From Seison nebaliae (taxonomy: Eukaryota): 64,000 nucleotides of DNA. Where the stretch lies: assembly GCA_023231475.1 (NCBI GenBank), contig JALJEE010003057.1, positions 62,001 to 126,000 of the forward strand. Direction: 5' to 3'. Each line of letters begins with the position of its first letter. Position 1 is the stretch's first letter. Below are positions 52,313 to 64,000 of this stretch, one piece after another. The translations under genes were made by a program, and so were the position numbers. The notes beneath the pieces are model-generated. The model did no database searches. It saw nothing but the letters and a program-made list of their open reading frames with translations, and had not been told where the DNA came from.

Positions 52313-53271
52313 AAAGGAAGAATATTACAAGTTCGTGGAAGTCGGTTTCAATAGTAATGTAGAAGAATAGAATTTCACCGAACAATTTTCGATAACAAAT
52401 ATTGAACCATCTTATCAGTTTCTTCATTAATAGAAATAAAGGTTTTTTTCGAATAACCGAAATTATAATATCATTTCACGATGATCAGTCGTTCTCCAAT
52501 AAAAAAAATGAATTTGATTTGATATCTAACATGTGATTCACATTATTAACAGTTCCAACTTAATCGCATAACATTATCAACACATTAATAAACTATTATG
52601 CAGATATCGACCTTACTTATTGATTAAATTAAGCAGTCTACAAAGGTGCAATGTAAAAGTTACTTGAAGTTACATGCTTAAGGACAACATTGATTAGACT
52701 ATGCATCAACTTAAAAATCAACATTACCCATTGTCAATTGTTGTGTGATTGGGAATATCATATCTTTATACGAATATTTGATGGATAAATATGTTGTAAT
52801 AGATATTATTGATTAATCAAACACTCTTAATTTTTTAATCTGATTTTAATCATATACATTCAATTTAGGCAAATTGAAATAGTCAATTTCTCAAATTTAT
52901 TATAAGTTTTTTCGGATCATCTTAATATTTATTTTATTATTCTTCACTTCCATCTTGCTATACTGTTTTTGTTTCTACTACATGTTCAATTGGTAGTAGT
53001 CTATAGACTTCACGAACATATAAATAAATAATAATAAACGAAATTAAATTCATCTATTAATCTGATTCTTATCCAATAAACTCTAGCGATCGAAAAGGAC
53101 AATTATTCGTCTCCCACAAAATAATTATTTGTCTAATATTTGTCCACCTAACTATAGTTTTTGTGCTGTTATAACAACACAAATAATAATCTGCGAAACA
53201 TTGGATACTAAAATTATATCACACGGGGTGACATATATGCCACCCCGTGTAATCATATATGATTCTTTACA

Positions 53272-53419
53272 TGGGTAGCGCAGTGGTCAATACACGTTCC
53301 CAAGGTCACAACGATTGAGATAGACGTCTCACGAAAGATAGGGTTCTCCTATCACTGACCGTAAGGAAGGAGATCGCTCAAACAATACTCAATTGCCTAG
53401 ATTGGGATTTCAAAAAAAA
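53272..53419 (+). other. Possible tRNA-derived SINE or Pol III-type structured element
   Basis: Perfect A-box TAGCGCAGTGG (53276-53286), truncated B-box-like GGGTTCTCC (53341-53349), several hairpins, and an A8 run at the 3' end. Confidence 0.3.
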
Positions 53420-54737
53420 TTAACATCTTTTATAGCATTTTATGGAGGTTTTTTTTATAATCAATAGAACTTTTGAAACTAACAAAAAATAGCAATTTCC
53501 TCTCTTACAAATAGATAATTCTTAACCACCCACTTAAAGAAACTTGCTAAATATTTTAAGATAAGCTTACAGAATATTGCAAAGGTTGTTTTTGCTGGAA
53601 ATAAGTTCAACAATCAGAAATCGGATAAACTAAATTTTTTTCAATTACATTTTACAACTGTAACAAGAGTACTCACAATTAACGATTATAAGAATGGATT
53701 TGTATTCTTTGTTAATGAACTTTTCAATCATTTCTTGTTCATAATTTTTTGAATATTTATAATTTATACAACGAGTTAACAACTAAAAATTTTTCTTTTA
53801 GTTCCAATCTATTGCTATGTTCTTATCCGAATCATCTAATAATTATTATGTTCCTTTATTAACAAGATTATAAGAACTGAACAATTTTTGTTCGTACGTA
53901 AAAATAGTAATTCATGAACAAAGACTTATTCAATCGGAATTATATAGATGTAAATTTATATGTAATTTTGACGACTAACGTAACGCGCTAATATGCGAAT
54001 CTAATTGTTAATGATTTGTGGAAGTAAAGAAAAATTCCGTTTTTAAGTGGGGAGGACATTGTTAACTAAATTATTTCGTTAGTAAATATTATGAAAAATA
54101 ATATATGTGAAGAAAGCGTTGCTAAAGTACGAACGGATAGAGACGTCTTGGATACGATAATAGATTTGTTCGAATTTCATGAAAATGAAACTTCCTTTCC
54201 AACATTCTTGTATATTATTGTTGATTAATGGAAGAGTATAGTTATAGAATTATACTGTTTGATGTAGATGGAGGTAGTTGCAGAAGGTTGACGCATCTCG
54301 CATATAATTAAACAATGAATCCATTGAACGTTAGAAATAGAAATATTTGGTTATACTTTATTATTAATATTATGACAATTTACTTCGACGCCATAAGCAT
54401 GGAAGTTATGTGATTGCAACTGAAAAATAATATAAAGAATTCAATTCTTAATGGAATATAGGAATATCTTCTCTTTTTTCGTTGCTCTAATCTCGTATGT
54501 ATGGTGAAGTTTAACGTTGATTCATAACGACAAAAATTTCTCTCATCTATTATGTTGAAAGGAAGTTTTTCCCTCTCGATATTAATTATGGAGAATTATA
54601 ATAGTCGAAGAACTCGAACATAATGTAGGGAAGAAAAAATAGGGATTTTGAACGACACTTCTAAGAAATTTTTTCTAGTTGCTTTCAAGTTGTAAACTCT
54701 CCGCATCTCAAAATTTATTGTGAACAGGCTAAAATTG

Positions 54738-55883
54738 ATGGATCAAATGTCTGCTTGTTTGTCCGACCATTATTATGCAGACGATCAATATTACTATAAT
54801 CCTCAATTACAAGAACAACTTCATTATTCGCAACAGCAACTTATTAGCCAAACATATTCGAACGAACAACTTATAAATGATTCGAATTCATCCAAACTTT
54901 CTAACACTCAAAATACGTCAAATCTTCTTTTCCCAACTAATATTTCCAATTTAAATACAACCATTACGACTAATGCCAATAACAATATTAACAGTAATGG
55001 AAATATTAGTCTAAATAATTTCTTATGTCCCCAACAATGTCAATTAAACGGGAATTTCAATTGTTTCTTCAATAAGAAAGAACCGAAACGCTTAAGGATT
55101 CCCGATGACAAGAAACAGAAACGAGCAAGAATTCTTTTCAGTGAGGATCAAGTGAAATATTTGGAGGAGTTGTTCAATCATCAAAAATATCTGGAACCGG
55201 ACGACAGGAAACAAGTAGCGAATAAAATCGGATTATCACCACAACAAGTGAAAATCTGGTTTCAGAACCATCGTTATAAGAACAATAAACAGGAGAAAGA
55301 AATCAAGAAGAATGGTGAAATAAAAATTAAACATAAAAGTTATCGATCTGCTCACAAATTTCCTCGTCATCAAAAAAAGGAATTAAGTAAATCTCAAACG
55401 AGTATCATAAATGAAAACTCTTCGACATATTCATCATCTTCCGTTAATTCGTCGACTGATAAACAGAAAAGTAGTATGTTCTCATTCCCCAGCAATAACA
55501 CTTCACTAATTCCAACTAATTCTAATTCAGTCACAAATATTAATCCAACCATCTTGACAACCAATCCCACCTTAACTTCTAATCAATTAAATTCAAATTC
55601 AGCATTACTTAATACCGTTTCTTATATGCCTAACGTTCAGTTTGATTTAATGACAAACTGGATTCAGCAACATTATTTACAAACGCTGTCCAACACCGAC
55701 AATAACGGAAATGCTCAAGAGAAAGAAATTATAAACAACACTCAACAACCAAATCAAATTTACTCATCAACTACTGAAGGAGAAAACGGACAAATATTCT
55801 CAAACATTCCACATGAAATCATTGACGAGAATTACACCAACAATTTACCATCCAACTATTTATTGTCTACTAATTTTGTTTAA
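54738..55883 (+). CDS. NK2-class (NK2.1/NK2.2-type) homeobox transcription factor, divergent, single coding exon seen
   Basis: Homeodomain KRARILFSEDQVKYLEELFNHQKYLEPDDRKQVANKIGLSPQQVKIWFQNHRYK has Tyr54 and His52 (WFQNHRYK), diagnostic of NK2.1/NK2.2. Confidence 0.85.
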   Translation: MDQMSACLSDHYYADDQYYYNPQLQEQLHYSQQQLISQTYSNEQLINDSNSSKLSNTQNTSNLLFPTNISNLNTTITTNANNNINSNGNISLNNFLCPQQCQLNGNFNCFFNKKEPKRLRIPDDKKQKRARILFSEDQVKYLEELFNHQKYLEPDDRKQVANKIGLSPQQVKIWFQNHRYKNNKQEKEIKKNGEIKIKHKSYRSAHKFPRHQKKELSKSQTSIINENSSTYSSSSVNSSTDKQKSSMFSFPSNNTSLIPTNSNSVTNINPTILTTNPTLTSNQLNSNSALLNTVSYMPNVQFDLMTNWIQQHYLQTLSNTDNNGNAQEKEIINNTQQPNQIYSSTTEGENGQIFSNIPHEIIDENYTNNLPSNYLLSTNFV

Positions 55884-57374
55884 AGTTTTTATTTATTCCC
55901 CTCGTACAATTCTTTCAAGTATATTTCAAGAAAAAAATAAAATTAATTTAAATAAATTTAAACTTCTTAAATTGATTAAGATGATAATATTCCATCAATA
56001 ATTATTCAATTTATCACTAAATTTATCGTAATTATTAAATTATGGAATGATACTACAGTATAAATGTAATTTAAAGAAGACTAACAAGTTGTTGAGATAA
56101 GAAAAATGAAAAATTATGAAGCCAACTATTCTAATGTGGTTATGTAATAATTCATTAAAATAATTAGTAATAAAGATAATTAATCTTACTTATAAAAATG
56201 AAGCATCTATAAAAAATATTTGATGCATAACCAAATGGAAGCTAAATTTTCAAATGTCCCACTTGGCAAACATCGAGAAGAGGGAGGATTAATTCGGAAA
56301 TTCAAATTGGATGTCGCATGTTACAAGAGAATATTGACTAGCCTAACGATGTAAAAGAATTGAATGAAATGTGTAACGTGTGATTTGCATTGAGGAGAGA
56401 TGTAGGTGAAGAATATATATAGGGAGTAGGAAATTAAAGGAATTTCCATTTGATATTGAGAAGAGAATGGAGATTATATGAAATTATTTCATTTCCATTT
56501 ACAACGACTTCTCTTTTATGACATGGCGAGACATGTGGAACAGTTGAATAAGCTTCGTCTTTTTGTCTCAATTTCCTTCCATATATCAGCTCATAAATTC
56601 TCCTTTTTCAATTCAACTACCTTCACTGATATATGCGATCGTTCTACATATGTTTGTCGATAGTTGTGAAACGATCTACGAATCTTTACACAATCTCCTC
56701 CTTCCCCAACAATCTTTCAAATTTTCTTCAATTTCTGTTTATGGAGGAACGACAAACAATTACATGGATGAGATTGAACATCCAATCTATATCATCTCTT
56801 CTCGGATGTATTCTATTTGTGAACGACGTATAAATAATGAATTGTGTAATTTGAATGAGAGAGTGCTCGTTGGAATTAGTAATTTAAAGATTAATAGATT
56901 AATCGACATGTAAAAAGAAAACACAAATTAATCGTCCATTATTTGGTTGTTGTTGGTGACTATTTATGTATCTTTTTGAGAGATATATTCTAATTTTTCT
57001 TTTTTTAATAAAAAAATTGTTTTAAGTAGATTTTATTCTTTGATAATTATCAAACGTTTAAAAGAAGAAACATGGAATGAAAGAGAATTGAGAGAGAAAT
57101 TAATTGAGAATATTGAAATAATTTGTTAGAAGATATTAATTGGCTTATTGTTCCCAACAAGAAAAATTTGCCTTAATTCCATTAATTCCAAACGTTATTC
57201 ATTCAACAATAACAAGAAGATAACTTGATTGATTTGGTGAATTATTAAATTGCTCAATTTCTTTTTTATTAAGACGAATATTGGGAGTGGAAAGTGAGAG
57301 AAAGAAGAATTAAATCTTGATAAATTTTAAATTCAAATTTCTCCAATATCAATTGAAGAAGAAGAAGAAAAAGA

Positions 57375-59693
57375 ATGAATGAAAATAATAAGAAGAATGG
57401 TCGAAAATCTGAATCGTCTGGTGCTAATTCGACGATTGTGACGAACGGTGGTGTGGAACATCAACCACAAATGAATATTCATCCAAATATGATGGGCCAA
57501 TTATCTGGCAATTATCCATATGGCGCACACAATACATTCATGTCTCAAGCGTTCAATCAACCACATGCCAATCCATATGATGGTTATACGATGATGTCAA
57601 TGCAAGGACAACCGAGTGTGACAGGTGGAAATGACGGATTAGTAATGCATCATCAACAACCTCATAGTCTTGGAATGACTCATCAACCAGGACAGACAGC
57701 ACATCATCATCCGTTATTGATGCAATCACGAACATCATTTCCTGATCCGGGAAATGCAGCGATGATGAATCCCGATGTCATGTCTGAGATATATATGGGA
57801 AATTATTTCGGTTATGCGATGAATGACGAATCGAGAAGATTAAATCCTGTTGCCACAACAACCAATCAACAACATCAGCAACCGCAACAAAATGAGAATC
57901 AGAATCAACATGTATCACTCCAATTCACTCCGACGGGACCATTAAATTCGATGAATTTATATTCGAATTTTCCACCTCATCAAAATGCTATGATGGATGG
58001 AAAAGATTTAAATAATAATCCGCCCATGTTCAACAATGAGGGACAGCAACATGATTTGTTTCAATTCGTACCGAATTATGGTCGAAATGAAATTTATATG
58101 AACGATAATAATAAACTCGTTCCATCAATGAATCCGGTCGGGAATGATAGTGGCGATTTAAAGAAAACGAAAAATTATCAATCTTCTGGTAATAATACCG
58201 TTTCGAATAATAATAATCGATCATCAACAACTAGTGAAACGAATAATGATACTTCTCTCTCGATTCCTCATCAATCAATGATTTTAAATCAATTACCAAT
58301 TCAACTTAATCATCATCAACCACCACCACACATACCACCACATCAATTTCAACAACAACCACATATACCACAACAACAACAGAATTTTAAGAAACCACAT
58401 CGTTCCACTTACAAGAACAATAAAGATTACAATAATAACAACAATACGAACTTTTCGTCTCATGCGAATAATCGACATCATAATCATCCGCCACCACAAT
58501 CTTCCTCTGCAGCCACCACAACAGTGTTCCAACAATCATTTCCCGGTCAACGTAACACGCAGAATTTTCATTGCGGAATGGAGAAAGGTCCAAATTCTAA
58601 TTCACCGACCATCATTTCGGAGACACATGAACCTAATCAAAATATGGATTTAGTACCGGAAATTTTACGATTGGAAGCTCAAATCCGTCAGAATAATCCA
58701 CTGGCCGATTTCCAGAGTTTAGACATACGATCTGATGGTGCACGTTTCTTTATGATTCGTAGTCGAAGTGAATTTAATGTTTTGAGTGCTTTGGTGAAAG
58801 GTGTTTGGTGTTCTACGGGAAAAGGAAATGCGAAATTGAATGAAACATTTGAAGAGAGAAGTGGCAAAGGACCAGTATATCTTTTCTATTCTCTCAGTAA
58901 TAATTGTGCGGCGCATTTCAATGCTTTTGGTGAAATGAAATCATTAGTCGATCCTAAACGATCCAGTAATGAATGGGAAACGATGAATCCCAGTACAAAA
59001 TTTACAGGATTATGTGACATTAAATGGTTATTTGTTGGTGATGTTCCATTCTCGTCTATGCCAAATGATGAGGCAACATTGTCGAAAATGAGAGATACTG
59101 ATCCAATTCCTCCTGCAACTGCTCAACAAATTCTCAATGTTTTCAAACAAGTTCACGAACAACCGAATATGACATCATTATTTGGACGATTAGAATTTTA
59201 TTTGACGATGAAAAAGAAGATGGCGAATAGACATGAGAATGACAATAATCATGCCAATCACGGTTTCCGTCCGAAAGAATATATCCGGAAGCAAAATCGT
59301 CCGAATATGAGATCAAAATATAGAGGACCGGGTGAAGATACGAGATCGAACGTTCTCCTTAGCGATTATGTGGATTTCCAAAAAATCAAACATGATAAAA
59401 GAATATCTCACAAATACAATTCACAAATGAGTGAGAAGAATCGAAAGAATACTTTAGAATCGTCGGAAGGAGAAGAGAAAGTCAATAATGAATTGAAAGA
59501 TAACGATGCGATCAATATTGTGGAGGAGAGATCGACAGAAAGTTTATCCGATAAACAACAATCACCAGATTATGTTGTAGTGAAAGAGAGTGATATACCT
59601 TCTACTTGCGATAAAATAACGAATGATGATGAAGAGAAATCGGATGATATCTGTGACGAATTGATGGAAGGGATGGATAAGATAAAAGTCTAA
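57375..59693 (+). CDS. YTH-domain m6A reader, YTHDF-like, with long Q/N/P-rich N-terminus
   Basis: ARFFMIRS..GVWCSTGKGN..GKGPVYLFYS..HF..EMKSLVD..KWLFVGDVP..RDT matches the YTHDF YTH domain (WCST, GKGPVYL, RDT). Confidence 0.85.
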   Translation: MNENNKKNGRKSESSGANSTIVTNGGVEHQPQMNIHPNMMGQLSGNYPYGAHNTFMSQAFNQPHANPYDGYTMMSMQGQPSVTGGNDGLVMHHQQPHSLGMTHQPGQTAHHHPLLMQSRTSFPDPGNAAMMNPDVMSEIYMGNYFGYAMNDESRRLNPVATTTNQQHQQPQQNENQNQHVSLQFTPTGPLNSMNLYSNFPPHQNAMMDGKDLNNNPPMFNNEGQQHDLFQFVPNYGRNEIYMNDNNKLVPSMNPVGNDSGDLKKTKNYQSSGNNTVSNNNNRSSTTSETNNDTSLSIPHQSMILNQLPIQLNHHQPPPHIPPHQFQQQPHIPQQQQNFKKPHRSTYKNNKDYNNNNNTNFSSHANNRHHNHPPPQSSSAATTTVFQQSFPGQRNTQNFHCGMEKGPNSNSPTIISETHEPNQNMDLVPEILRLEAQIRQNNPLADFQSLDIRSDGARFFMIRSRSEFNVLSALVKGVWCSTGKGNAKLNETFEERSGKGPVYLFYSLSNNCAAHFNAFGEMKSLVDPKRSSNEWETMNPSTKFTGLCDIKWLFVGDVPFSSMPNDEATLSKMRDTDPIPPATAQQILNVFKQVHEQPNMTSLFGRLEFYLTMKKKMANRHENDNNHANHGFRPKEYIRKQNRPNMRSKYRGPGEDTRSNVLLSDYVDFQKIKHDKRISHKYNSQMSEKNRKNTLESSEGEEKVNNELKDNDAINIVEERSTESLSDKQQSPDYVVVKESDIPSTCDKITNDDEEKSDDICDELMEGMDKIKV

Positions 59694-61448
59694 TAATTAG
59701 TCTAAGCATCTAAATTCCATCCAAAAAATTCTAAACTCATTCTTCGCAACTACATTCATTCAATCATCATCATCATCGTCATGAAAAACTCATTCTTGAA
59801 AGAAGAATAAAGATCGAAAATAACAATCTGATATCATCGTCGTTTTAATAATAATAATCACCATCATTAACATTAAGTCATCGATCGATAATTCACTTAA
59901 AAGATTCAATCAAAATCATCAAATATTCAATTAAAGAAATTCATCAACAACATCTTCTCATATCGTCAACAACAACAACAACACAATAACAATAACTTAA
60001 TTGACAGCAATACAATTGTATAATTTCGATTAAGAGAATTTCGTTTTCTTTCTTTGACCATTTCAGCGACCTTATCCACACAATTCATCGTTATCATCAT
60101 CGTTATATTGTTTACAGCAATTTAATATAAATAGTTGAATGTTTTTTTGGTTAATCATCATCATCATCATCATCATTATCATTATTATTATCATCCTAAA
60201 ACAAAAACAAGTATAGTTGATATTATATCGTTTATTTGGTAAAGTATTTTTTCCTTTTTTTTTGATATGCTTATCATCTTCAACACAACAACAACAACAA
60301 CATCAACATCATAATATTATTTTTCTTATAATCATATCATTTCGATCTATCAATTAAAGAAGTTCCGGAAGCAAAGACTTTCATCCGTTTAAAATAGCAC
60401 AATTAATGAAGGAAATTGTGGAATGAGAAAACTCTATCAAAATAATCAATATTCCGAATCAATCCTCTACTCGACACGAAACTTATTGTTCTTATTACGA
60501 TAAGAAGAAGAAGAACTACTCCTCTCTCCTCTTCCTTTATTTTCTCTTCCTACACGTCTCTCTTTATCTTTTTAATAAATTTCTATTACAAATCGCGCTA
60601 TTATTATTATCACTTCAATTTGATGCTCGAAATTGAGAACTGTTTCCTCATTATTAAAATATTATCTATTTCATCTTTCGATTCGGTGTCCGATTGATGA
60701 GAACAGTCTCTCTTCAGTTTTATTTCTCCATTTCTCTAAATTTTTCGCTTTTTCTTTCTCTCCTTTCTCAACCTCCTATTCCTCCTCTTCATCCTTTCCT
60801 CCTAATTTATCTATCTATCCAAGCACTCTATCCCCCAATAACATTTATATCATGAATAACATTTCGAAAGTAGTTGATCATCCGGTGTTATGCACTATTC
60901 TCACCATCCCTTATAAGTCAATTTGCCCAAGATAAACTACAGTTTCGTTTTATTCCGAACACAATCGTACTGGCAATCATCATTTCTATGTTATTCTGAT
61001 TTATATGACTCATTTCTCCTCCTCTTTCTTATTTCACTATTATTATTATTTCTTTCAAATAAATTTAATTTTCTTTTATTCTTAATAAAGAAATTTATCG
61101 TATTCTTCCTTCCCATTATCATTCATCTTTTCCATTCATTCCAACAATTATTTCTTTTCCTATTTACTAAAATTTCCTAAAGTTAGAACGTTACGTTAGA
61201 AACAGAAATACTTCGAATTCAGTACGAAAAGCGACAAATAAGTCGTTTTTTTCTTATAAGCCAAATTCATAAGGTTTTTTCGAAAATTTTTAATTGATTT
61301 CAATCTTAAATTTTAATTTAATGATTTAGATGAAATGAAAGTAAGCTTTAATAAAAATAAATTTTGAAAATAATTCACAAATCGGAAAATTTGTGAATTT
61401 TGTGAATAATTTGAGAATTTTTGAAGAAAAAAAGTTTTGAATTCAAAA

Positions 61449-63074
61449 ATGGAAATCGAATCGACAGATGTTATTCGATTGATTCAACAATTCCTGAAAG
61501 AGAATAATTTATTGAAAACGTTAGAATGTATAAAGGAAGAGACGAATGTATATACGAACACAGTCGATTCCATCGATAATTTCACTTCGAACATTCTCAA
61601 TGGTCATTGGGACATCGTTCTTCAATCCGTGTCTGATTTGAAATTTTCTATTGAAAAATTGACAAGATTATACGAACATATCTATGTGGAGTTGTTGGAG
61701 ATGCGTGAAAATAATTGTGCGAGAAATTTATTAAGGAATTCATATCCATTCAGTTATATGGAAAAGAATGACAACGAGAGATTTGTTCGTTTAGAGAATC
61801 TTTCTTCATATTTCGATGCGAGTGAAGCTTATCATGACGGTCTTCAATTATCGAAAGAGAAACGTCGTCAATTATTAGCACAAGAATTATCGAAGGATAT
61901 TTATGTTGTTCAACCGTCGAGATTATTAACATTACTCAATCAATCATTACGATGGCAGAAGAAAGAAGGAATGATAATTCCTGGAACTTCCGTCGATTTA
62001 TTTCGAGGGAAAAGTATCATTGAAAAAAACGCCGTCGAACATTATCCAACGAAATTACATCGAATTATCAAATTGTCTTCATCGAAGAAAACGGTTGAAA
62101 CAGCGAAATTCTCACCTGATGGTCAATATCTGATAACTGGATCATTTGATGGAACTATCGAAGTGTGGAATTTCATAACGGGACGATTGAGGAAAGATTT
62201 AAAATATCAAATGGAGAAAGATTATATGAAAATGAATAATTGTATTCTCTCATTAACATTCACTTCTGATTCGGAATTATTAGGTAGTGGTGATGATGGT
62301 GGTGATATCGTTATATGGAAATTGGATAATGGACAACCATTGAAGAAAATACGAAATGCTCATATGAAAGGAATAACATCATTACAATTTTCTTTAGATT
62401 CTCAAAATACACTTTCTGCTTCATTCGATATGAATATTCGATTATATTCCGTTCGGAATGGTCGACTATTGAAAGAGTTTCGAGGACATACTTCTTTCGT
62501 TAACGACGCTTCTTTTTTGACTGATGACTCATATATTTTGAGCTGTTCAGCTGATAGTACTTGTCGATTATGGAACATTCGATCGAATGAATGTGTAAAT
62601 ACATTTTATGATGTGGGACAAGCAGCAATCGTTTCCACCGATTCCATCAATCAAATCGATTCCTCATATCCAACGACAAATAATTCGATTATTTCTATTC
62701 ATCAATTACCGGAAGAGAAAATAGATGAGACTTCTGATAATAATAATATTCGAGAACGGTTTGTTGTTTGTACCAAATCATCAACCGTTCACATTATCGA
62801 TACGAATGGAAGAATTTTGAATTCTTTATCATCAGGTAAAGTGAAAGATGGTGATTTTTTTGCTTGCACCATCTCACCAAAAGGTGATTGGCTTTATTGT
62901 TTAGCTGAAGATAAACGTCTTTATTGTTTCTCTTTGAAATCATATCGTCTCGAACATACCATGGAAGTTCATGAGAATAATGTCATTGGATTACATCATC
63001 ATCCATTTAGAAATTTAATTGTGACTTATGCTGAAGAGAATATAATGAAATTATGGTCGAGTGATAACGACTAA
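61449..63074 (+). CDS. SMU1: WD40 splicing factor SMU1, intronless
   Basis: EIESTDVIRLIQQFLKENNL (LisH), NTVDSID..GHWDIVL (CTLH), SKEKRR, PSRLLTLL..PGTSVDLFRGK, FSPDGQYLITGS..IEVWNFITG..KDLKYQ, LKEFRGHTSFVN, LSSGK..GDF, HHPFRNL. Confidence 0.95.
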   Translation: MEIESTDVIRLIQQFLKENNLLKTLECIKEETNVYTNTVDSIDNFTSNILNGHWDIVLQSVSDLKFSIEKLTRLYEHIYVELLEMRENNCARNLLRNSYPFSYMEKNDNERFVRLENLSSYFDASEAYHDGLQLSKEKRRQLLAQELSKDIYVVQPSRLLTLLNQSLRWQKKEGMIIPGTSVDLFRGKSIIEKNAVEHYPTKLHRIIKLSSSKKTVETAKFSPDGQYLITGSFDGTIEVWNFITGRLRKDLKYQMEKDYMKMNNCILSLTFTSDSELLGSGDDGGDIVIWKLDNGQPLKKIRNAHMKGITSLQFSLDSQNTLSASFDMNIRLYSVRNGRLLKEFRGHTSFVNDASFLTDDSYILSCSADSTCRLWNIRSNECVNTFYDVGQAAIVSTDSINQIDSSYPTTNNSIISIHQLPEEKIDETSDNNNIRERFVVCTKSSTVHIIDTNGRILNSLSSGKVKDGDFFACTISPKGDWLYCLAEDKRLYCFSLKSYRLEHTMEVHENNVIGLHHHPFRNLIVTYAEENIMKLWSSDND

Positions 63075-63192
63075 TTTAATCTTTAAAATTTTTTTATTTG
63101 AATAAAACAATAAATTTCTTCAAAAAGTAAAATATTTGATGATAATCATTCTTCTGTTTATTTTAATCAATTAATTTTATCATTTTCTTTCA

Positions 63193-64000
63193 TTAACGAA
63201 ATATATTACTTCTCCATAACTGAGTGAATTTCTCGAAAGCGCTCATGTAATTATGTTGAGGAAGTTTCGTTTTTCTTACAGTTTTACATTTCGGACAACA
63301 TTCGCCAATTGCCGTTGGAAGGATTTGTTCACAATTCTCCAATTTCGGACATTGAACATCTTGACAGAAATTTTCTGGACATGAAGGACAACATGCTCCT
63401 GGTTGGTGGTATTGATCGTCATCGTCACAGTCTACTATGGGACAATTATTCAAATCGATTTCTTTACAATTATTTCTCTCACATGCTGAACAGCAATGAC
63501 CAATTTCTGGTTGTGCTAGGATTGGATTAGAACATTTGGGTTTTTCACATTTTACTTTCGAACAATTTTGTCGACATTTCGGACAACATTCACCAGGTAA
63601 ATAATATTGATTCACTTGATCGCATCTCAATATCGGACATTCGATTTGGGAACAATCGTCCTTGCACGTTTTACAACATTTATTATTCTTAAAATCAGCA
63701 GGAATTGGATTGGGACAATTTGCTATTTGACATTTAGTAAGATCACATTGCAAATCATTACAAACAGCCGTCTTATAACATCGTTTCGGTTGGCCGACAC
63801 ACATATTTTTTTCGATACATATCGTTCCGAAAGGACATCTTCTTTCCTACAAATGAGAGAAACGAATAAAAAGAGAAATTATTAAAATTAACATCACATT
63901 TCTTATAATGAGTCTTAATTTTTTTACAAGTTGCTTTCCTCCCATCCAACACACATTGGGAATCAATTGAGCATTTAAAATTCTTACATAAATCATCCAT
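63193..64000 (-). CDS. Cys-rich repeat protein with VWC/antistasin-like C-x-C..CCPxC modules, 5'-partial; intron 63847-63892
   Basis: Repeats such as CSQIECPILRC..PGECCPKC, CSKVKCEKPKC..GHCCSAC, CPIVDC..PGACCPSC. A GTT..TAG intron on the minus strand joins KCD|ERRCPFGTICIEK in frame. Confidence 0.75.

Noticed and set aside
53304..53360. Hammerhead ribozyme (three-way junction containing GAAA)
   Set aside because: No CUGANGA core upstream and no UH cleavage site after the stem following GAAA.
1..64000. Alternative genetic code or stop-codon readthrough to explain fragmented ORFs
   Set aside because: The breaks examined are resolved by GT..AG introns, and TAA, TAG and TGA all occur as genuine stops.

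Overview
AT-rich, gene-dense animal (bilaterian-type) nuclear DNA with very short spliceosomal introns (mostly 40-65 nt); the species cannot be identified from this window. Genes reconstructed by hand across introns, in order: Mask/ANKHD1-like ankyrin protein (5' end off-window), USP12/46, SLC12A9, a non-alpha nicotinic acetylcholine receptor subunit, a LIM-less PDZ/Zasp-motif protein, a long protein with a calmodulin-like core, PTDSS2 (-), a tandem GH31 maltase-glucoamylase-like protein (-), LSm1, SCYL2, an intronless divergent USP-like protease, an NK2 homeobox gene, a YTHDF-like m6A reader, SMU1, and a Cys-rich VWC-like repeat protein (-, partial). Highlights not visible in the ORF track: (1) an unusual splicing grammar, with 38 of 41 checked introns starting GTT rather than GTR and AAG acceptors outnumbering CAG; (2) a complete RNase MRP RNA gene with TATA box and T-tract nested in the last SLC12A9 intron; (3) a 264-bp foldback MITE with an 8-bp target-site duplication; (4) several RNA-binding or catalytic proteins with altered key residues. 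All family assignments come from recalled motifs, not database searches.
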